From: Microcystaceae cyanobacterium
Lineage (GTDB): Bacteria; Cyanobacteriota; Cyanobacteriia; Cyanobacteriales; Microcystaceae
NCBI GenBank assembly: GCA_041746575.1
Contig: JBGTGT010000054.1
Coordinates: 8,020 to 72,019 of the forward strand
Length of the DNA stretch: 64,000 bases
Direction: 5' to 3'
Position numbers and translations under genes: made by a program. Of this stretch, positions 9,340-20,031 are shown in pieces (position 1 is the first letter of the stretch; each line of letters begins with the position of its first letter). Under the pieces are notes generated by a model. That model did not search any database. It saw nothing but the letters and a program-made list of their open reading frames with translations, and had not been told where the DNA came from.

Positions 9340-9642
9340 TGGGGGCAGAGAGACTTGAACTCTCACGACCTTGCGGTCAACGGATTTTCATTCTCTGTGT
9401 AACTTTCGTTACGGCATTAGCTTTGAGAATTGGACTCTCCCTTTACCCTCAGCATCATCTGTTAGGGTAGCTCCCGTCGAGTCTCTGCACCTTCCTCAAA
9501 ATTTTGAGGCTTGGCTCAGGATTGCCTTATCTAACAAGCTAGACTTAGGTTTCCCTGAATTTGAGAGCTTACACTTAACCCGTTTCCTGATTAAGGCTCA
9601 ATTTCCTTAAGTCCGTAGCGTCTACCATTCCGCCACGCCCCC
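9340..9642 (-). tRNA. trnL: tRNA-Leu(UAA), split by a group I intron (exon 1 9642-9609, exon 2 9388-9340)
   Basis: GGGGGCGTGGCGGAATGGTAGACGCTACGGACTT | AAAATCCG...GTTCAAGTCTCTCTGCCCCCA. Spliced anticodon loop CUUAAAA, long variable arm, CCA not encoded. Confidence 0.97.
9389..9608 (-). ncRNA. Group I intron (cyanobacterial/plastid trnL type), 220 nt, no ORF
   Basis: Inserted after the anticodon U and ends in G (...GAGAATG). Contains the conserved AATTCAGGGAAAC, AATCCTGAGC, GTGCAGAGACTCGA and AGAGTCC core elements. Confidence 0.95.
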
Positions 9643-9809
9643 TTAAGTTGGTGTCAGCTTTTAACCGACAATTACTGATGATAGCATACCTTATGGATCA
9701 TTTAGCAAATGATTTTATGAGAAAAATTTCCGGTTCACGGAGTAAGTAAGTTAAAATGACCCTAGTTATCCTTAACGCTCATCAGCTATCTTGACAAAAG
9801 TATTGTTTT

Positions 9810-10058
9810 ATGGATGTAATTCTTTCTAAAGTGACCGAAGAAACCCTATTAGCGGCGTTCCTTTACCTAGGGTTAAGTGTTTTATATCTTCTCATTATTC
9901 CCCTTTTCCTCTACTTCTATTTACAACGTCGCTGGTACGTCGCTAGTTCTATCGAACGGACGTTTATGTATTTTTTGGTGTTTCTCTTTTTTCCCGGACT
10001 ATTACTTCTCAGTCCAATTCTCAATTTTCGTCCTAAAAGACGCACTTTAAACGCTTAA
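9810..10058 (+). CDS. ndhL: NAD(P)H-quinone oxidoreductase subunit L
   Basis: [35 protein letters not shown] signature; adjacent to DUF3007. Confidence 0.95.
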   Translation: MDVILSKVTEETLLAAFLYLGLSVLYLLIIPLFLYFYLQRRWYVASSIERTFMYFLVFLFFPGLLLLSPILNFRPKRRTLNA

Positions 10059-10075
10059 TCATCATTTAAAGAAAT

Positions 10076-10390
10076 ATGCGCAGAATTGATGTTATTTTCA
10101 TCGGTATTATCGTCTTAATCGTGGGAGGAGGCATTTATTTTTTATTGCAATTTTTGGGGGTTGATCAACTGTCGGCAGGAATTTGGAGTCAAAGCATTCT
10201 CGTTTTAGGTTTAGTCGGATGGACATTAACCTATTTATTGCGAGTTTTTACCAAAAATATGACCTATCACCAACAAATCAAAGAATATGAGGAGGCAGTC
10301 ATTCAAAAACGCCTAGAAGAAATGACACCAGAAGAGATTGCTCAATTACAAAAAGAAATTGAACAAGAAAAACAAAATTTTGAAGTTTAA
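10076..10390 (+). CDS. DUF3007 family membrane protein
   Basis: MRRIDVI..., two TM segments, MTYHQQ...YEEAVIQKRLEEMTPEE. Confidence 0.88.
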   Translation: MRRIDVIFIGIIVLIVGGGIYFLLQFLGVDQLSAGIWSQSILVLGLVGWTLTYLLRVFTKNMTYHQQIKEYEEAVIQKRLEEMTPEEIAQLQKEIEQEKQNFEV

Positions 10391-10400
10391 AACAGATTTT

Positions 10401-10778
10401 CTACAATAATCCCTCTAATTGGCGACGAATGCGATCTAACTCATCGGAAGACATTTCTGAGCTTTTCTCTTCCCCATCGGAGGAAGACGCTTGATTCCAG
10501 TCTAATTCATCGGCATTTTGTTCCGGAGGAATGGTCAATTTTCCTTCTGAGATTATTTCCCAGTCATAATCTGCCTGACGACAAAACGCTTCAATTTCAT
10601 CGGAGTCAATCCGCTCAACGTTAGGAGAGGGAAAATCTTGTGCTTCTAAGAGTAAGGCATAACGAGTGGCATCCTCTTCTGACTCAAACATTAAGATTTT
10701 ATGGCGATCGCCAACTTGCAAGGTATGAATTCCCTCGTTATCAGTACCAGCGTTAAATAATAAGACGAATACACGCAT
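10401..10778 (-). CDS. DUF3110 domain protein
   Basis: MRVFVLLFNAGTDNEGIH...FESEEDATRYALLLEAQDFP, C-terminal RRQLEGLL. Confidence 0.85.
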   Translation of the reverse strand: MRVFVLLFNAGTDNEGIHTLQVGDRHKILMFESEEDATRYALLLEAQDFPSPNVERIDSDEIEAFCRQADYDWEIISEGKLTIPPEQNADELDWNQASSSDGEEKSSEMSSDELDRIRRQLEGLL

Positions 10779-10811
10779 TTCCTTAGTTTTCTTTACACTC
10801 TTTAACAAAAA

Positions 10812-11249
10812 TCAATTGCCTGTTAACCATTTTTGACCGTTAAGGCGTTGGAGAACGTATAACACCATTAAGTCTAGAGTCACTCTCTTTTCATCGATCA
10901 TGAAGGACTCTAAGGTACTGGGGGGTTGTCCTTTCACGGTATAGGAAAAGGCTTTTTGCCCTTTGATATCTTCATCTATGAAATAAAGATTGAATTGCCG
11001 TTGTCCATTGTTCCATTGACCAATTACTTGAGAGTAGGAAGGACTTTGACTCATTCCGGTTATTTGAAGGGGAGCTTGAGTAAAATTCAGGTCAATATCG
11101 GAGATTCCTGCTTTATTAAGGGCTGTTTTCAAAGTCGGGACAAAGTGCTGTTCGATGAATTCGGGGAAGGGTTTTTCTTCTAAAGCAGGGGGTTTTTCTT
11201 TTTTGGCTGGTTTAGCCTCAGTTTTTGGGGTTTTTGTTTCTTCAGTCAT
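10812..11249 (-). CDS. DUF2996 domain protein (NdhV-like)
   Basis: KEKPPALEEKPFPEFI...ESFMIDEKRVTLDL...QRLNGQKWL. Confidence 0.85.
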   Translation of the reverse strand: MTEETKTPKTEAKPAKKEKPPALEEKPFPEFIEQHFVPTLKTALNKAGISDIDLNFTQAPLQITGMSQSPSYSQVIGQWNNGQRQFNLYFIDEDIKGQKAFSYTVKGQPPSTLESFMIDEKRVTLDLMVLYVLQRLNGQKWLTGN

Positions 11250-11444
11250 CTCGTTTTTTAGCAAGGGTAGTCGGACGATTTTCTTCTAAAATAGCATTAT
11301 ATCAACCAGCGTTAGACAGAACCAATATTTCACCCTATAATAAATCCCCTCAAAAAATGAAAGGCTAATTGAGAGGAGAAGAGGCAGGCAAAAATCCTGA
11401 CTCAGCCGTTTAAAAGCACAAGATCGCCTCGCAAAACTGGATTT

Positions 11445-14400
11445 TTAAGCACTAAAATACTTAGCAACGGGATGATAAGCAATAATCGCCGTGGTGGATT
11501 GTTCAGGATACAATTGCTCACTTTCATCCATAACCATTTTAATGCGATCGCAGCCTAATAATTCTAATTGTTGATATTGGTCTTGGATATTGGGACAAGC
11601 AGGGTAGCCAAAGCTGTAACGAGAACCTTGATAGTGTTGTTGTAAGATTTCTCGAATATTATCGGGTTCTTTATCTCCAAAGCCTAATTCTCGACGAATT
11701 TTGGCGTGTGTCCATTCCGCTAAGGCTTCAGCCGTTTGGACAGCGATCCCATGATAGTAAAGATAATTCGTGTAATCGTTCGTAGAAAAGAGCTTTTGAG
11801 CGTATTCGGTTGCAATTTCTCCCACAGTTACCGCTTGCATCGGGAAAACATCTATCAATCCTGTTTCTTTCGGCGCAAAAAAGTCTGCAATACAAAGACG
11901 ACGGCCAGATTTTTGACGAGGAAATTCGACTTGCCAAATCGGTTGTGCCTTGTCGAGTAATTGATGCGCTGAGGTTATATCTTTGGGATCATATACGAAT
12001 AAAGTATTAGCCTCAGACTGACAAGGAAAATAACCATAAATGACGGTGGGATGTAATAGATTATTCGTGACAACTTTCGCTTTCCATTCTTCAAGAATAG
12101 GATAGACTTTGGCTTGTAAAAATTGATTGTATTCTTCTCGTGATTGTTCTTTAGGCTTACGAAATTGCCATTGTCCAGCGATTAACGCTTGTAAATCTAA
12201 GTACCAGAAAATTTCAGTTAAGTCAAATTCCTCTGGATTTAAGATCTTTGTTCCCCAGAAAGGAGGAGTAGGAGGTTGCAAGATTTCAATGGCTTCTGAA
12301 CGTTTAGTATCAATCATTTGGGGTGCCTTGGAAATTCCTTTGCCGTTACCCTTAGCTTCTGCTTTTTCGGCCGCTTTGTCTGCTCTTTCTTCTTGAAATA
12401 AGTGATTATTTTCGTTAAAGTCTCCTAAAAAGCCTTGTGAATCATCCCAACTTTGAGACGATTTCGCGGGCATTAATTTATCCATAAAATGTAAATCAGA
12501 AAAAGCGTCCTTGCCATAAACAACTTTTCCTTTATAAGTATTTTGACAATCTTCATAAACAAATTTAGGGGTTAACGCCGCACCGCCTAAAATAACAGGT
12601 ACAGTAATGCCTCGTTGATTAAATTCCTCTAAATTATCCTTCATAAAAGCGGTTGATTTAACCAATAAACCACTCATAGCGATACAATCTGCTTTGTGTT
12701 CTTCGTACGCTTGAATGATATTTTCTATGGGTTGTTTAATCCCTAAATTGATCACTTTATAGCCATTATTAGACAAAATAATATCCACTAAATTTTTACC
12801 AATATCGTGGACATCTCCCTTAACCGTCGCAATAATAAACTTTCCTTTACCGCTATCATTGTCTGTATCACTTTTTTCCATGAAAGGTTCTAAATAAGCA
12901 ACGGCGGCTTTCATCGTTTGGGCAGATTGTAACACAAAAGGTAATTGCATTTGTCCTGAGCCAAATAGCTCCCCAACCACTTTCATGCCATCGAGTAGAA
13001 AAGTGTTAATAACTTCAAGGGGAGGATATTGTTTCAATGCCTCAGCTAGTGCATCTTCTAAGCCGATTCTTTCCCCATCAATGATATGCTGTTTTAATCG
13101 TTCTTCAATCGGTAAATTAGCCGTTTGAGAAATATCTTTTTTTGTGGTTTTTCCAGCAAATAATTCGGTTAATTGAGTTAAAGGATCATAGATACAAATA
13201 TCACCCTCAAACTTCCGTAAATCGTAGATTAAATCTCGACAGATTTTTTGATGTTCTTTTTCAATTTTGGCAAGGGGTAAAATCTTACTGGCACTGACAA
13301 TTGCACAATCTAAACCCCCTTGCATCGCTTCATGTAAAAAAACTGAATTTAAAACTTGCCGTGCGGCGGGATTTAAGCCAAAAGAAATATTAGAAACGCC
13401 TAATAAAATATGACAGTGAGGTAATTCTTGACGAATGCGATGAATCGCTTCAATAGTGGCTTTTCCGTTTTCTCTATCCTCTTCTATTCCGGTAGAAATG
13501 GGTAACGCTAAAGGATCAAAAAATATTTCATAAGGGGAAATACCATATTCCAATATGGCATTATAAGCCCGTTTAGCGATTTCAAATTTCTTGTCAGCAG
13601 TGCGTCCCATTCCTTCTTCGTCAATCGTCCCAACGACCACCCCTGCGCCATATTGCTTGGCAATTTCAAGGACTTTATTAAACCGTTCTTCGCCATCTTC
13701 ATAGTTAGTTGAATTGAGAATACACTTTCCCCCTGCGACTTTTAAACCAGCTTCCATTTTTTGCCATTCGGTAGAATCTAGCATCAAAGGAAGGGTAATA
13801 TTATTAACCAAACGGGAGGCTAATTCGTGCATATCTCGCACCCCATCTCGCCCTACATAATCGACGTTTACATCTAAAATATGCGCGCCTTCTTTCACTT
13901 GAGATTTGGCTAAAGAGACTAAATTATCCCAATTTTCTTCGTTTAATAATTCCCGACATTTCTTTGAACCACTGGCATTCAAACGTTCCCCTACAATGAG
14001 GAAAGAATTATCTTGGATATAGGGTTGAGTGCTATAAATTGATGCCGCAGATGGTTCATAATGATATTGTCTTTCTTTCGGCGTTAACCCTTGCGATAAT
14101 TCTGCTAACGCTTTGATATGATCTGGACGAGTGCCACAACAACCGCCAATAATTTGCACCCCTAAATCTTCAATAAAGTGCATCAAAGCCATTTTTAATT
14201 CGACAGGTGTTAAGCGATAATAAGCTTGTCCTCCCACATTTTCGGGTAATCCTGCATTGGGAATACAAGAGACAATAAACGGAGAATTTTCGGATAAATA
14301 TTTAATATGATCTTTCATCAAGTCAGGACCCGTTGCACAGTTCAGTCCTAAAATATCAATATTATAGGGTTCTAAAATCGCTAAAGCCGCGCTCATTTCT

Positions 14401-15020
14401 GTTCCAACTAACATCGTTCCCATTGCCTCCATGGTGACAGAAACCATAATAGGGAGGCGATTTTCTTTCTTTTTAAAAACTTCCTCAATGCCGTTTAATG
14501 CCGCTTTAATTTGTAAGACATCTTGACAGGTTTCGACAATGAATAAGTCCACGCCTCCATCATATAATCCTTCTGCTTGTTCAATGTAGGCGTTTTTGAG
14601 GGTATCAAAATCAATATGACCTAACGTGGGCAATTTGGTACCCGGACCCATTGAACCTGCCACAAATCGGGGCTTTTCTGAGGTAGAATAGTCTTGTACG
14701 ACGCTTTTCGCTAATTCTGCGGCGTTTTTATTGAGATAATAAGCTTGATCAGCAAGATCGTATTCTGCTAAAACAAGGGAAGTTCCCCCAAAGGTATCGG
14801 TTTCAATGACATCTGCTCCTGCTTTTAAAAAGGCACGATGCACCTTTTTGACGGCTTCTGGCTTGGCGTGTACCAGATATTCGTTACATCCTTCATATTC
14901 TGCCCCTCCAAAGTCTTTTGCGGTCAAATTTTGGCTTTGTAGGGAGGTTCCCATTGCACCGTCAAAAACAAGGACAGGACGTTTGGGACTGTTCAGATAG
15001 TTGAGGAAGAAACTGTTCAT
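11445..15020 (-). CDS. metH: Cobalamin-dependent methionine synthase
   Basis: [36 protein letters not shown] and [10 protein letters not shown]; 1191 aa. Confidence 0.98.
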   Translation of the reverse strand: MNSFFLNYLNSPKRPVLVFDGAMGTSLQSQNLTAKDFGGAEYEGCNEYLVHAKPEAVKKVHRAFLKAGADVIETDTFGGTSLVLAEYDLADQAYYLNKNAAELAKSVVQDYSTSEKPRFVAGSMGPGTKLPTLGHIDFDTLKNAYIEQAEGLYDGGVDLFIVETCQDVLQIKAALNGIEEVFKKKENRLPIMVSVTMEAMGTMLVGTEMSAALAILEPYNIDILGLNCATGPDLMKDHIKYLSENSPFIVSCIPNAGLPENVGGQAYYRLTPVELKMALMHFIEDLGVQIIGGCCGTRPDHIKALAELSQGLTPKERQYHYEPSAASIYSTQPYIQDNSFLIVGERLNASGSKKCRELLNEENWDNLVSLAKSQVKEGAHILDVNVDYVGRDGVRDMHELASRLVNNITLPLMLDSTEWQKMEAGLKVAGGKCILNSTNYEDGEERFNKVLEIAKQYGAGVVVGTIDEEGMGRTADKKFEIAKRAYNAILEYGISPYEIFFDPLALPISTGIEEDRENGKATIEAIHRIRQELPHCHILLGVSNISFGLNPAARQVLNSVFLHEAMQGGLDCAIVSASKILPLAKIEKEHQKICRDLIYDLRKFEGDICIYDPLTQLTELFAGKTTKKDISQTANLPIEERLKQHIIDGERIGLEDALAEALKQYPPLEVINTFLLDGMKVVGELFGSGQMQLPFVLQSAQTMKAAVAYLEPFMEKSDTDNDSGKGKFIIATVKGDVHDIGKNLVDIILSNNGYKVINLGIKQPIENIIQAYEEHKADCIAMSGLLVKSTAFMKDNLEEFNQRGITVPVILGGAALTPKFVYEDCQNTYKGKVVYGKDAFSDLHFMDKLMPAKSSQSWDDSQGFLGDFNENNHLFQEERADKAAEKAEAKGNGKGISKAPQMIDTKRSEAIEILQPPTPPFWGTKILNPEEFDLTEIFWYLDLQALIAGQWQFRKPKEQSREEYNQFLQAKVYPILEEWKAKVVTNNLLHPTVIYGYFPCQSEANTLFVYDPKDITSAHQLLDKAQPIWQVEFPRQKSGRRLCIADFFAPKETGLIDVFPMQAVTVGEIATEYAQKLFSTNDYTNYLYYHGIAVQTAEALAEWTHAKIRRELGFGDKEPDNIREILQQHYQGSRYSFGYPACPNIQDQYQQLELLGCDRIKMVMDESEQLYPEQSTTAIIAYHPVAKYFSA

Positions 15021-15254
15021 GGATAGTGCGGATTAGTCGGTGAGATTGATATTTATTATAAAGAAAATCTTGAGGTTAGCAAAGGGAAAATTGTTTGAAG
15101 TCATCTTTTTCCCTTTGAGGTTATTCTAATGCTTTTGTATACCAATTCATCATTTCAAATCTTTAATCAGGCTTATTACTCTTCATTTTAACACAGGAGT
15201 ATTTAATCAGAAAGCGACTTTTTGTATTATTAATTTTTGAAATAGCGTAAGCGA

Positions 15255-15535
15255 TTAGCTCTCTTCATTAACTTGTTTAGCTATTCTTTGACATAACTGA
15301 AAAAACTCATAATCTCTGGCATACCATTCTTCAAGATTTTTGATAGCTTGATTATTTATATAGTTATCAAATTGCGCAGTATTCTTATGAGCAGTTTTAT
15401 GATCTGTCGTCACTTTAGTTTCTGCGGGCAAGATTAGCTTTTTCTTCAAAAGAGCAAAATTATTATTTAATTTTTCCTGAAAACCTATTAATAAAATAGC
15501 TGGAAATCTAACAAAAAAGCAGTTATATTTACCAT
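15255..15535 (-). pseudogene. Orphan C-terminal fragment, possibly sulfotransferase-like
   Basis: Frame continues upstream of the listed ORF (...ILLIGFQEKLNNNFALLKKKLILP...AIKNLEEWYARDYEF) with no ATG and is bounded by an in-frame TAA. Confidence 0.4.
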
Positions 15536-15736
15536 TTTAAAAGTCTTTTTAAGTGACAAAATAAAGATCTTTTTCTTAAATGTAAGATTAAAGCTGGGTT
15601 AAAATAACGCTAATAAATCCTTAAAATATTCGCGTCTTAAAAAAGTATTAGATTTAAAGATAAATACTTCTAAATTATTTATAATATCGAAGTCAATTTC
15701 TCTTCATTCAAAATCCTTATACTAAGGAAAAAATTT

Positions 15737-18277
15737 ATGCAAACATTACCCGATCCCAATGTTGCCCCTTATTGTACCCCAAATATAGAAGACGATCGCA
15801 CCGGTATTGAGGTACAAACCCTACGACGGGCAATTTTAGACAATCTTTTGTATATTCAGGGAAAATATCCCGAAATTGCAACCGAAAATGATTTTTATAT
15901 GGCCTTAGCTTATACAGTACGCGATCGCTTATTGCAACGCTGGTTGAATTCGGTGCAAACCTACTATAAAGGGGAGGTAAAAAAGGTTTGTTATTTCTCA
16001 GCAGAGTTTTTAGTAGGTCCCCATTTAGGAAATAATTTGATTAATTTGGGTATTTTTGAGCAAGTTTACCAAGCGATCACTGATTCGGGCTTAAATCTTA
16101 AAACTTTGATTAATATAGAAGAAGAGCCCGGTTTAGGAAATGGTGGATTAGGAAGGTTAGCGGCGTGTTACTTAGATTCTCTATCCAGTTTAGAAATTCC
16201 TGCTATTGGTTACGGAATTCGCTATCAATTTGGTATTTTTGATCAAGAAATTAGAGACGGTTGGCAAGTCGAGATCACCGATAAATGGTTAAAATACGGC
16301 AATCCTTGGGAAATGGCTCGGACAGAATCCACCGCTTTTGTCAATTTTGAGGGTTATACTGAGACCTACACCGATGATCAAGGGAATTATCGTGTGCGTT
16401 GGGTTCCCGGTTATGTCGTCAAAGCCACTCCTTATGATACTCCCATTTTGGGCTATAAAGTCAATACCGCCAACACATTACGGTTATGGCATTCAGAAGC
16501 TTGTGAATCCTTCGATTTTCAACGCTTCAATGTAGGAGACTATTATGGTGCTGTTGAAAATAAAGTCCGTTCGGAAAACATTAGTAAAGTGCTTTATCCT
16601 AATGATGAACCGATAAAAGGCAAAAAATTGCGTCTAGAACAGCAATATTTCTTTGTTTCTGCGTCTTTACAGGACATGATTTCCATTCACTTACTTGATA
16701 ATCCTAATCTGGATAATTTCGCAAGAAAATGGGCAGTACAGCTCAATGATACTCATCCTTCAGTTGGCGTCGCTGAATTAATGCGATTATTGGTAGATGT
16801 CCACCGTTATGACTGGGATCACGCGTGGGATATTACCCAAGCAACCTTTGCCTATACCAATCATACCTTATTGCCGGAAGCCCTAGAAAAATGGCCGCTC
16901 AGCATCTTTGGTGCAATATTACCTCGTTTATTAGAGATTATTTACGAAATTAATCGTCGATTTCTCAATCAAGTCCGTATGAAGTATCCGGGGGATGACA
17001 ACAAACTATCCGTTCTCTCAATTATTGATGAAAGCGACAATAAATACGTTCGTATGGCAAATCTAGCGACAGTGGGAGCGCACACCGTTAACGGTGTGGC
17101 CGAATTACACTCAGAATTGCTCAAGGAAACTATCTTACGGGATTTTTACCAAATGTTCCCTGAAAAATTTACAAATGTCACCAATGGCGTTACCCCTCGT
17201 CGCTGGATGGTGTTGAGTAACCCCCCTTTAACCCAGTTAATCACCTCGAAAATTGGAGAAGATTGGATCAAAAACCTTGATGAATTACGAAAAATAGAAA
17301 GTTTTGCAGAAGATGAAGGCTTTCGCTACGCATGGCGTGAAACAAAGCAGGGAATCAAGCAAGATTTAGCCGAGTATATCCAAGAAAAAGTGGGGGTTAC
17401 TGTCAACCCTAGTGCCTTATTTGACATTCAAGTTAAACGCATCCATGAGTATAAGCGACAGCATCTTAACGTTTTGCACATCATTACTTTATATAATCGC
17501 CTGAAAAATAATCCTAATCTAGATATTTCGCCCCGTGTCTGTATTTTTGGCGGAAAAGCAGCCCCCGGTTACTTTATGGCTAAGCGAATTATTAAATTCA
17601 TTACGGCAGTAGGAGAAATGGTGAATAATGATCCCGACGTGGGCGATCGCTTGAAAGTGGTCTTTTTACCCGACTACAATGTTACCCTAGGGCAACGCGT
17701 GTATCCTGCCGCCGATTTATCCGAACAAATTTCCACAGCAGGCAAAGAAGCCTCTGGCACGGGTAATATGAAGTTTTCCTTAAATGGTGCCTTAACGATT
17801 GGTACACTCGATGGTGCCAATGTAGAGATTCTCGAATGTGTGGGGGATGAAAACTTCTTCCGCTTTGGGTTAACGACACCGGAGGTAATGGATTTAAAAG
17901 CATCAGGTTACAACCCTCGACATTATTATGACAGCAACCCCGAATTAAAAGCGGTTTTGGATTTAATTAGTAATGGTTTCTTTTCTCAGGGAGATACGGA
18001 ATTATTTAAACCTGTTGTGGATAATTTGCTTTATGATGATCCCTATCTTCTTTTAGCTGATTACCAGTCTTATATTGACACTCAAGATCGGGTGTCTCAA
18101 GCGTATAAAAATCAAGAACATTGGAGTCGAATGTCAATTTTAAATGTGGCACGGATGGGTAAGTTTTCAAGCGATCGCTCTATTAGAGAATACTGCGATC
18201 GCATTTGGCAAGCAACGCCAGTTAAGGTTGAACATAAACTTTATCAGCCCGAAAATGCGCTGTTAACAGTGAAATAA
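15737..18277 (+). CDS. glgP: Glycogen phosphorylase
   Basis: GLGNGGLGRLA, QLNDTHP, KRIHEYKRQ and EASGTGNMK (PLP Lys). Confidence 0.98.
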   Translation: MQTLPDPNVAPYCTPNIEDDRTGIEVQTLRRAILDNLLYIQGKYPEIATENDFYMALAYTVRDRLLQRWLNSVQTYYKGEVKKVCYFSAEFLVGPHLGNNLINLGIFEQVYQAITDSGLNLKTLINIEEEPGLGNGGLGRLAACYLDSLSSLEIPAIGYGIRYQFGIFDQEIRDGWQVEITDKWLKYGNPWEMARTESTAFVNFEGYTETYTDDQGNYRVRWVPGYVVKATPYDTPILGYKVNTANTLRLWHSEACESFDFQRFNVGDYYGAVENKVRSENISKVLYPNDEPIKGKKLRLEQQYFFVSASLQDMISIHLLDNPNLDNFARKWAVQLNDTHPSVGVAELMRLLVDVHRYDWDHAWDITQATFAYTNHTLLPEALEKWPLSIFGAILPRLLEIIYEINRRFLNQVRMKYPGDDNKLSVLSIIDESDNKYVRMANLATVGAHTVNGVAELHSELLKETILRDFYQMFPEKFTNVTNGVTPRRWMVLSNPPLTQLITSKIGEDWIKNLDELRKIESFAEDEGFRYAWRETKQGIKQDLAEYIQEKVGVTVNPSALFDIQVKRIHEYKRQHLNVLHIITLYNRLKNNPNLDISPRVCIFGGKAAPGYFMAKRIIKFITAVGEMVNNDPDVGDRLKVVFLPDYNVTLGQRVYPAADLSEQISTAGKEASGTGNMKFSLNGALTIGTLDGANVEILECVGDENFFRFGLTTPEVMDLKASGYNPRHYYDSNPELKAVLDLISNGFFSQGDTELFKPVVDNLLYDDPYLLLADYQSYIDTQDRVSQAYKNQEHWSRMSILNVARMGKFSSDRSIREYCDRIWQATPVKVEHKLYQPENALLTVK

Positions 18278-18307
18278 CAAAAAAGCAATTTTACACCGTT
18301 AATTAAG

Positions 18308-18336
18308 GAAGGTTGTCTTGAAGATAGCCTTCTTTT
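18308..18336. terminator. Hairpin terminator between convergent glgP and PEP-CTERM genes
   Basis: GAAGGTTGTCT-TGA-AGATAGCCTTC followed by TTTT. Confidence 0.6.
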
Positions 18337-18348
18337 AAGATTTGGGTG

Positions 18349-19086
18349 TTAACGCTTGAGTCCAGATTGAGGAGTAGAAATAATGATTAAAAATCCAACC
18401 AATAGTAACCCCAAAATGGAACGAGATTCAGGGACAATCGTAACATTTACGCTTAAGCTGAAAGTGTCAATTCCATGACCAAATGCGCCCAAATCATTCC
18501 CATTCGGCAACGCAATAATAAATTGCCCCAATAATTCTGTGGGGGTACTATTATTTAAAATCGTCGGTAAATAACTGGCTTGAAATACTTGAGTGCCATC
18601 ATCAAACCAAGTTCCCACGGCAGAATTATAAATAACGGGTTGTCGAAAAGCAATGCCCTGATCCTTATCTGAGAAAAGATTTCCTAAATCTACTGCCCAT
18701 TTATTAATCGGTTGAACCCCTAAGGTAAAGTCAGCAGGAATAAAACCTAAAGTAGAATTAGTTGTAACCTGAAGATTAAGATTATAGTGGGAGGCATTGA
18801 GACGAGTTTGACTTGTTGTCGCCGTCAGTGAGGGTAAAAGGGGTGTTACCGGAGTAAGCGTAGCAGATGAGCCATTAAAAATGAGAGTTGAGGGGTTGTG
18901 ACTTATAGCCGCTCCTACGGGAGAAGCCACGAGAAAAACCAGTGAAAAGTCGTCCCCTGACCCTAAATCTAAGCTAGTTTGCGCTTTAACAGGAGAAAGC
19001 GTTGAGAAAAACCAGCCTAAATTGAGGGCAATAGTTGCTGAAATCAAGGACAAAGGTGTCCTATGGCGTCGTTTTAGAATTTGCAT
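18349..19086 (-). CDS. Secreted protein with a PEP-CTERM-like C-terminal sorting signal
   Basis: Signal peptide ending ...VKAQ; C-terminal IVPESRSILGLLLVGFLII...KR. Confidence 0.7.
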   Translation of the reverse strand: MQILKRRHRTPLSLISATIALNLGWFFSTLSPVKAQTSLDLGSGDDFSLVFLVASPVGAAISHNPSTLIFNGSSATLTPVTPLLPSLTATTSQTRLNASHYNLNLQVTTNSTLGFIPADFTLGVQPINKWAVDLGNLFSDKDQGIAFRQPVIYNSAVGTWFDDGTQVFQASYLPTILNNSTPTELLGQFIIALPNGNDLGAFGHGIDTFSLSVNVTIVPESRSILGLLLVGFLIIISTPQSGLKR

Positions 19087-19259
19087 GGATTCGTTCTGTC
19101 TTTGAATGGGAAAAAGCTTCAATGTTTTAATTTTATAATTACAATCAAAATCAAAATTTCAAAAAATGTTAATTTTTTTCAACGACTCAGAAGGTAAAAT
19201 TAAAATCATACTCAATATATTAAATTGATTAGAGGAGATGTGCAACCTTGTACTCATCT

Positions 19260-19997
19260 ATGGCAAATTTGCCTGCTTCATATAAAGGAATTGTTCTCTT
19301 TACCCCTGGTGGTGATTTGGTTTATTGTATAGATACGGATAAGAAAGCGCGATGGCATTCCCATTTATGTAATGTTTTTCAGCAAGTTTTAGGGTTACCC
19401 GAAACGCCTCATTTTTTAGTTCCGAGTTATACCGCCACGATTGATCGTTGGCTTGAGTCAACATCAGGAGAAATTAAAACCGTTGCTGAATGTTATCCTT
19501 TTGTTAAACGCTTTGAACCGCTATTAAATACTATCTTCAAAACAGAAAATTTAAGTTGGAAAACCCATCCTTGGCAAGAAGAATTTTGCAATCCGATTGT
19601 TTTGGAAACCTATCGGCCAATTTTTCCTCAATTATGGGAAAGTCATGAATTAATTATTCCTGTCGAATCTAGCCATTTTTTAACCACTTCTAGAACCAAT
19701 ACTTCTATGGCAGAATTGACAACTTCAAGTATCTGTCAAAGCTATATTTTACGATTATTTGTAACCGGCAAAAGTCCAGCAACGAAGCGAATGTTAAAGC
19801 TAATTCATCAATTATTAGAAGAAGAGTTAGGTTCTCCTTATACCCTGAAAGTCATTGATATTGCTAAACATCCCGATTTAGCAGAGAGTCATCATATTTC
19901 AGCAACACCAACTTTAGTGAGGGTTTGGCCTCAACCCATGCGACGGATTGTAGGAGAACTAGAAAGTACCGATCATTTATTGTCTATTATTGTTTAA
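19260..19997 (+). CDS. Long KaiB-domain protein (N-terminal extension plus C-terminal KaiB fold); not clock KaiB1
   Basis: C-terminal YILRLFVTG...YTLKVIDIAKHPDLAE...ATPTLVRVWPQPMRRIVGEL. Confidence 0.85.
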   Translation: MANLPASYKGIVLFTPGGDLVYCIDTDKKARWHSHLCNVFQQVLGLPETPHFLVPSYTATIDRWLESTSGEIKTVAECYPFVKRFEPLLNTIFKTENLSWKTHPWQEEFCNPIVLETYRPIFPQLWESHELIIPVESSHFLTTSRTNTSMAELTTSSICQSYILRLFVTGKSPATKRMLKLIHQLLEEELGSPYTLKVIDIAKHPDLAESHHISATPTLVRVWPQPMRRIVGELESTDHLLSIIV

Positions 19998-20031
19998 ATT
20001 TGAAAAAAACGTATAAAACTCGAATAATTCG

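Noticed and set aside
9163..9610. ORFs 9163-9366 and 9371-9610
   Set aside because: They overlap the tRNA-Leu, its intron and the downstream repeats. No homing-endonuclease motifs (LAGLIDADG, HNH, GIY-YIG).
11445..15254. Intein in metH or cobalamin riboswitch upstream
   Set aside because: Protein length and motifs are normal for MetH. The upstream region is AT-rich with no recognisable B12-box.
19260..19997. Assigning the symbol kaiB
   Set aside because: The protein is over twice the length of clock KaiB and is not in a kaiABC context.
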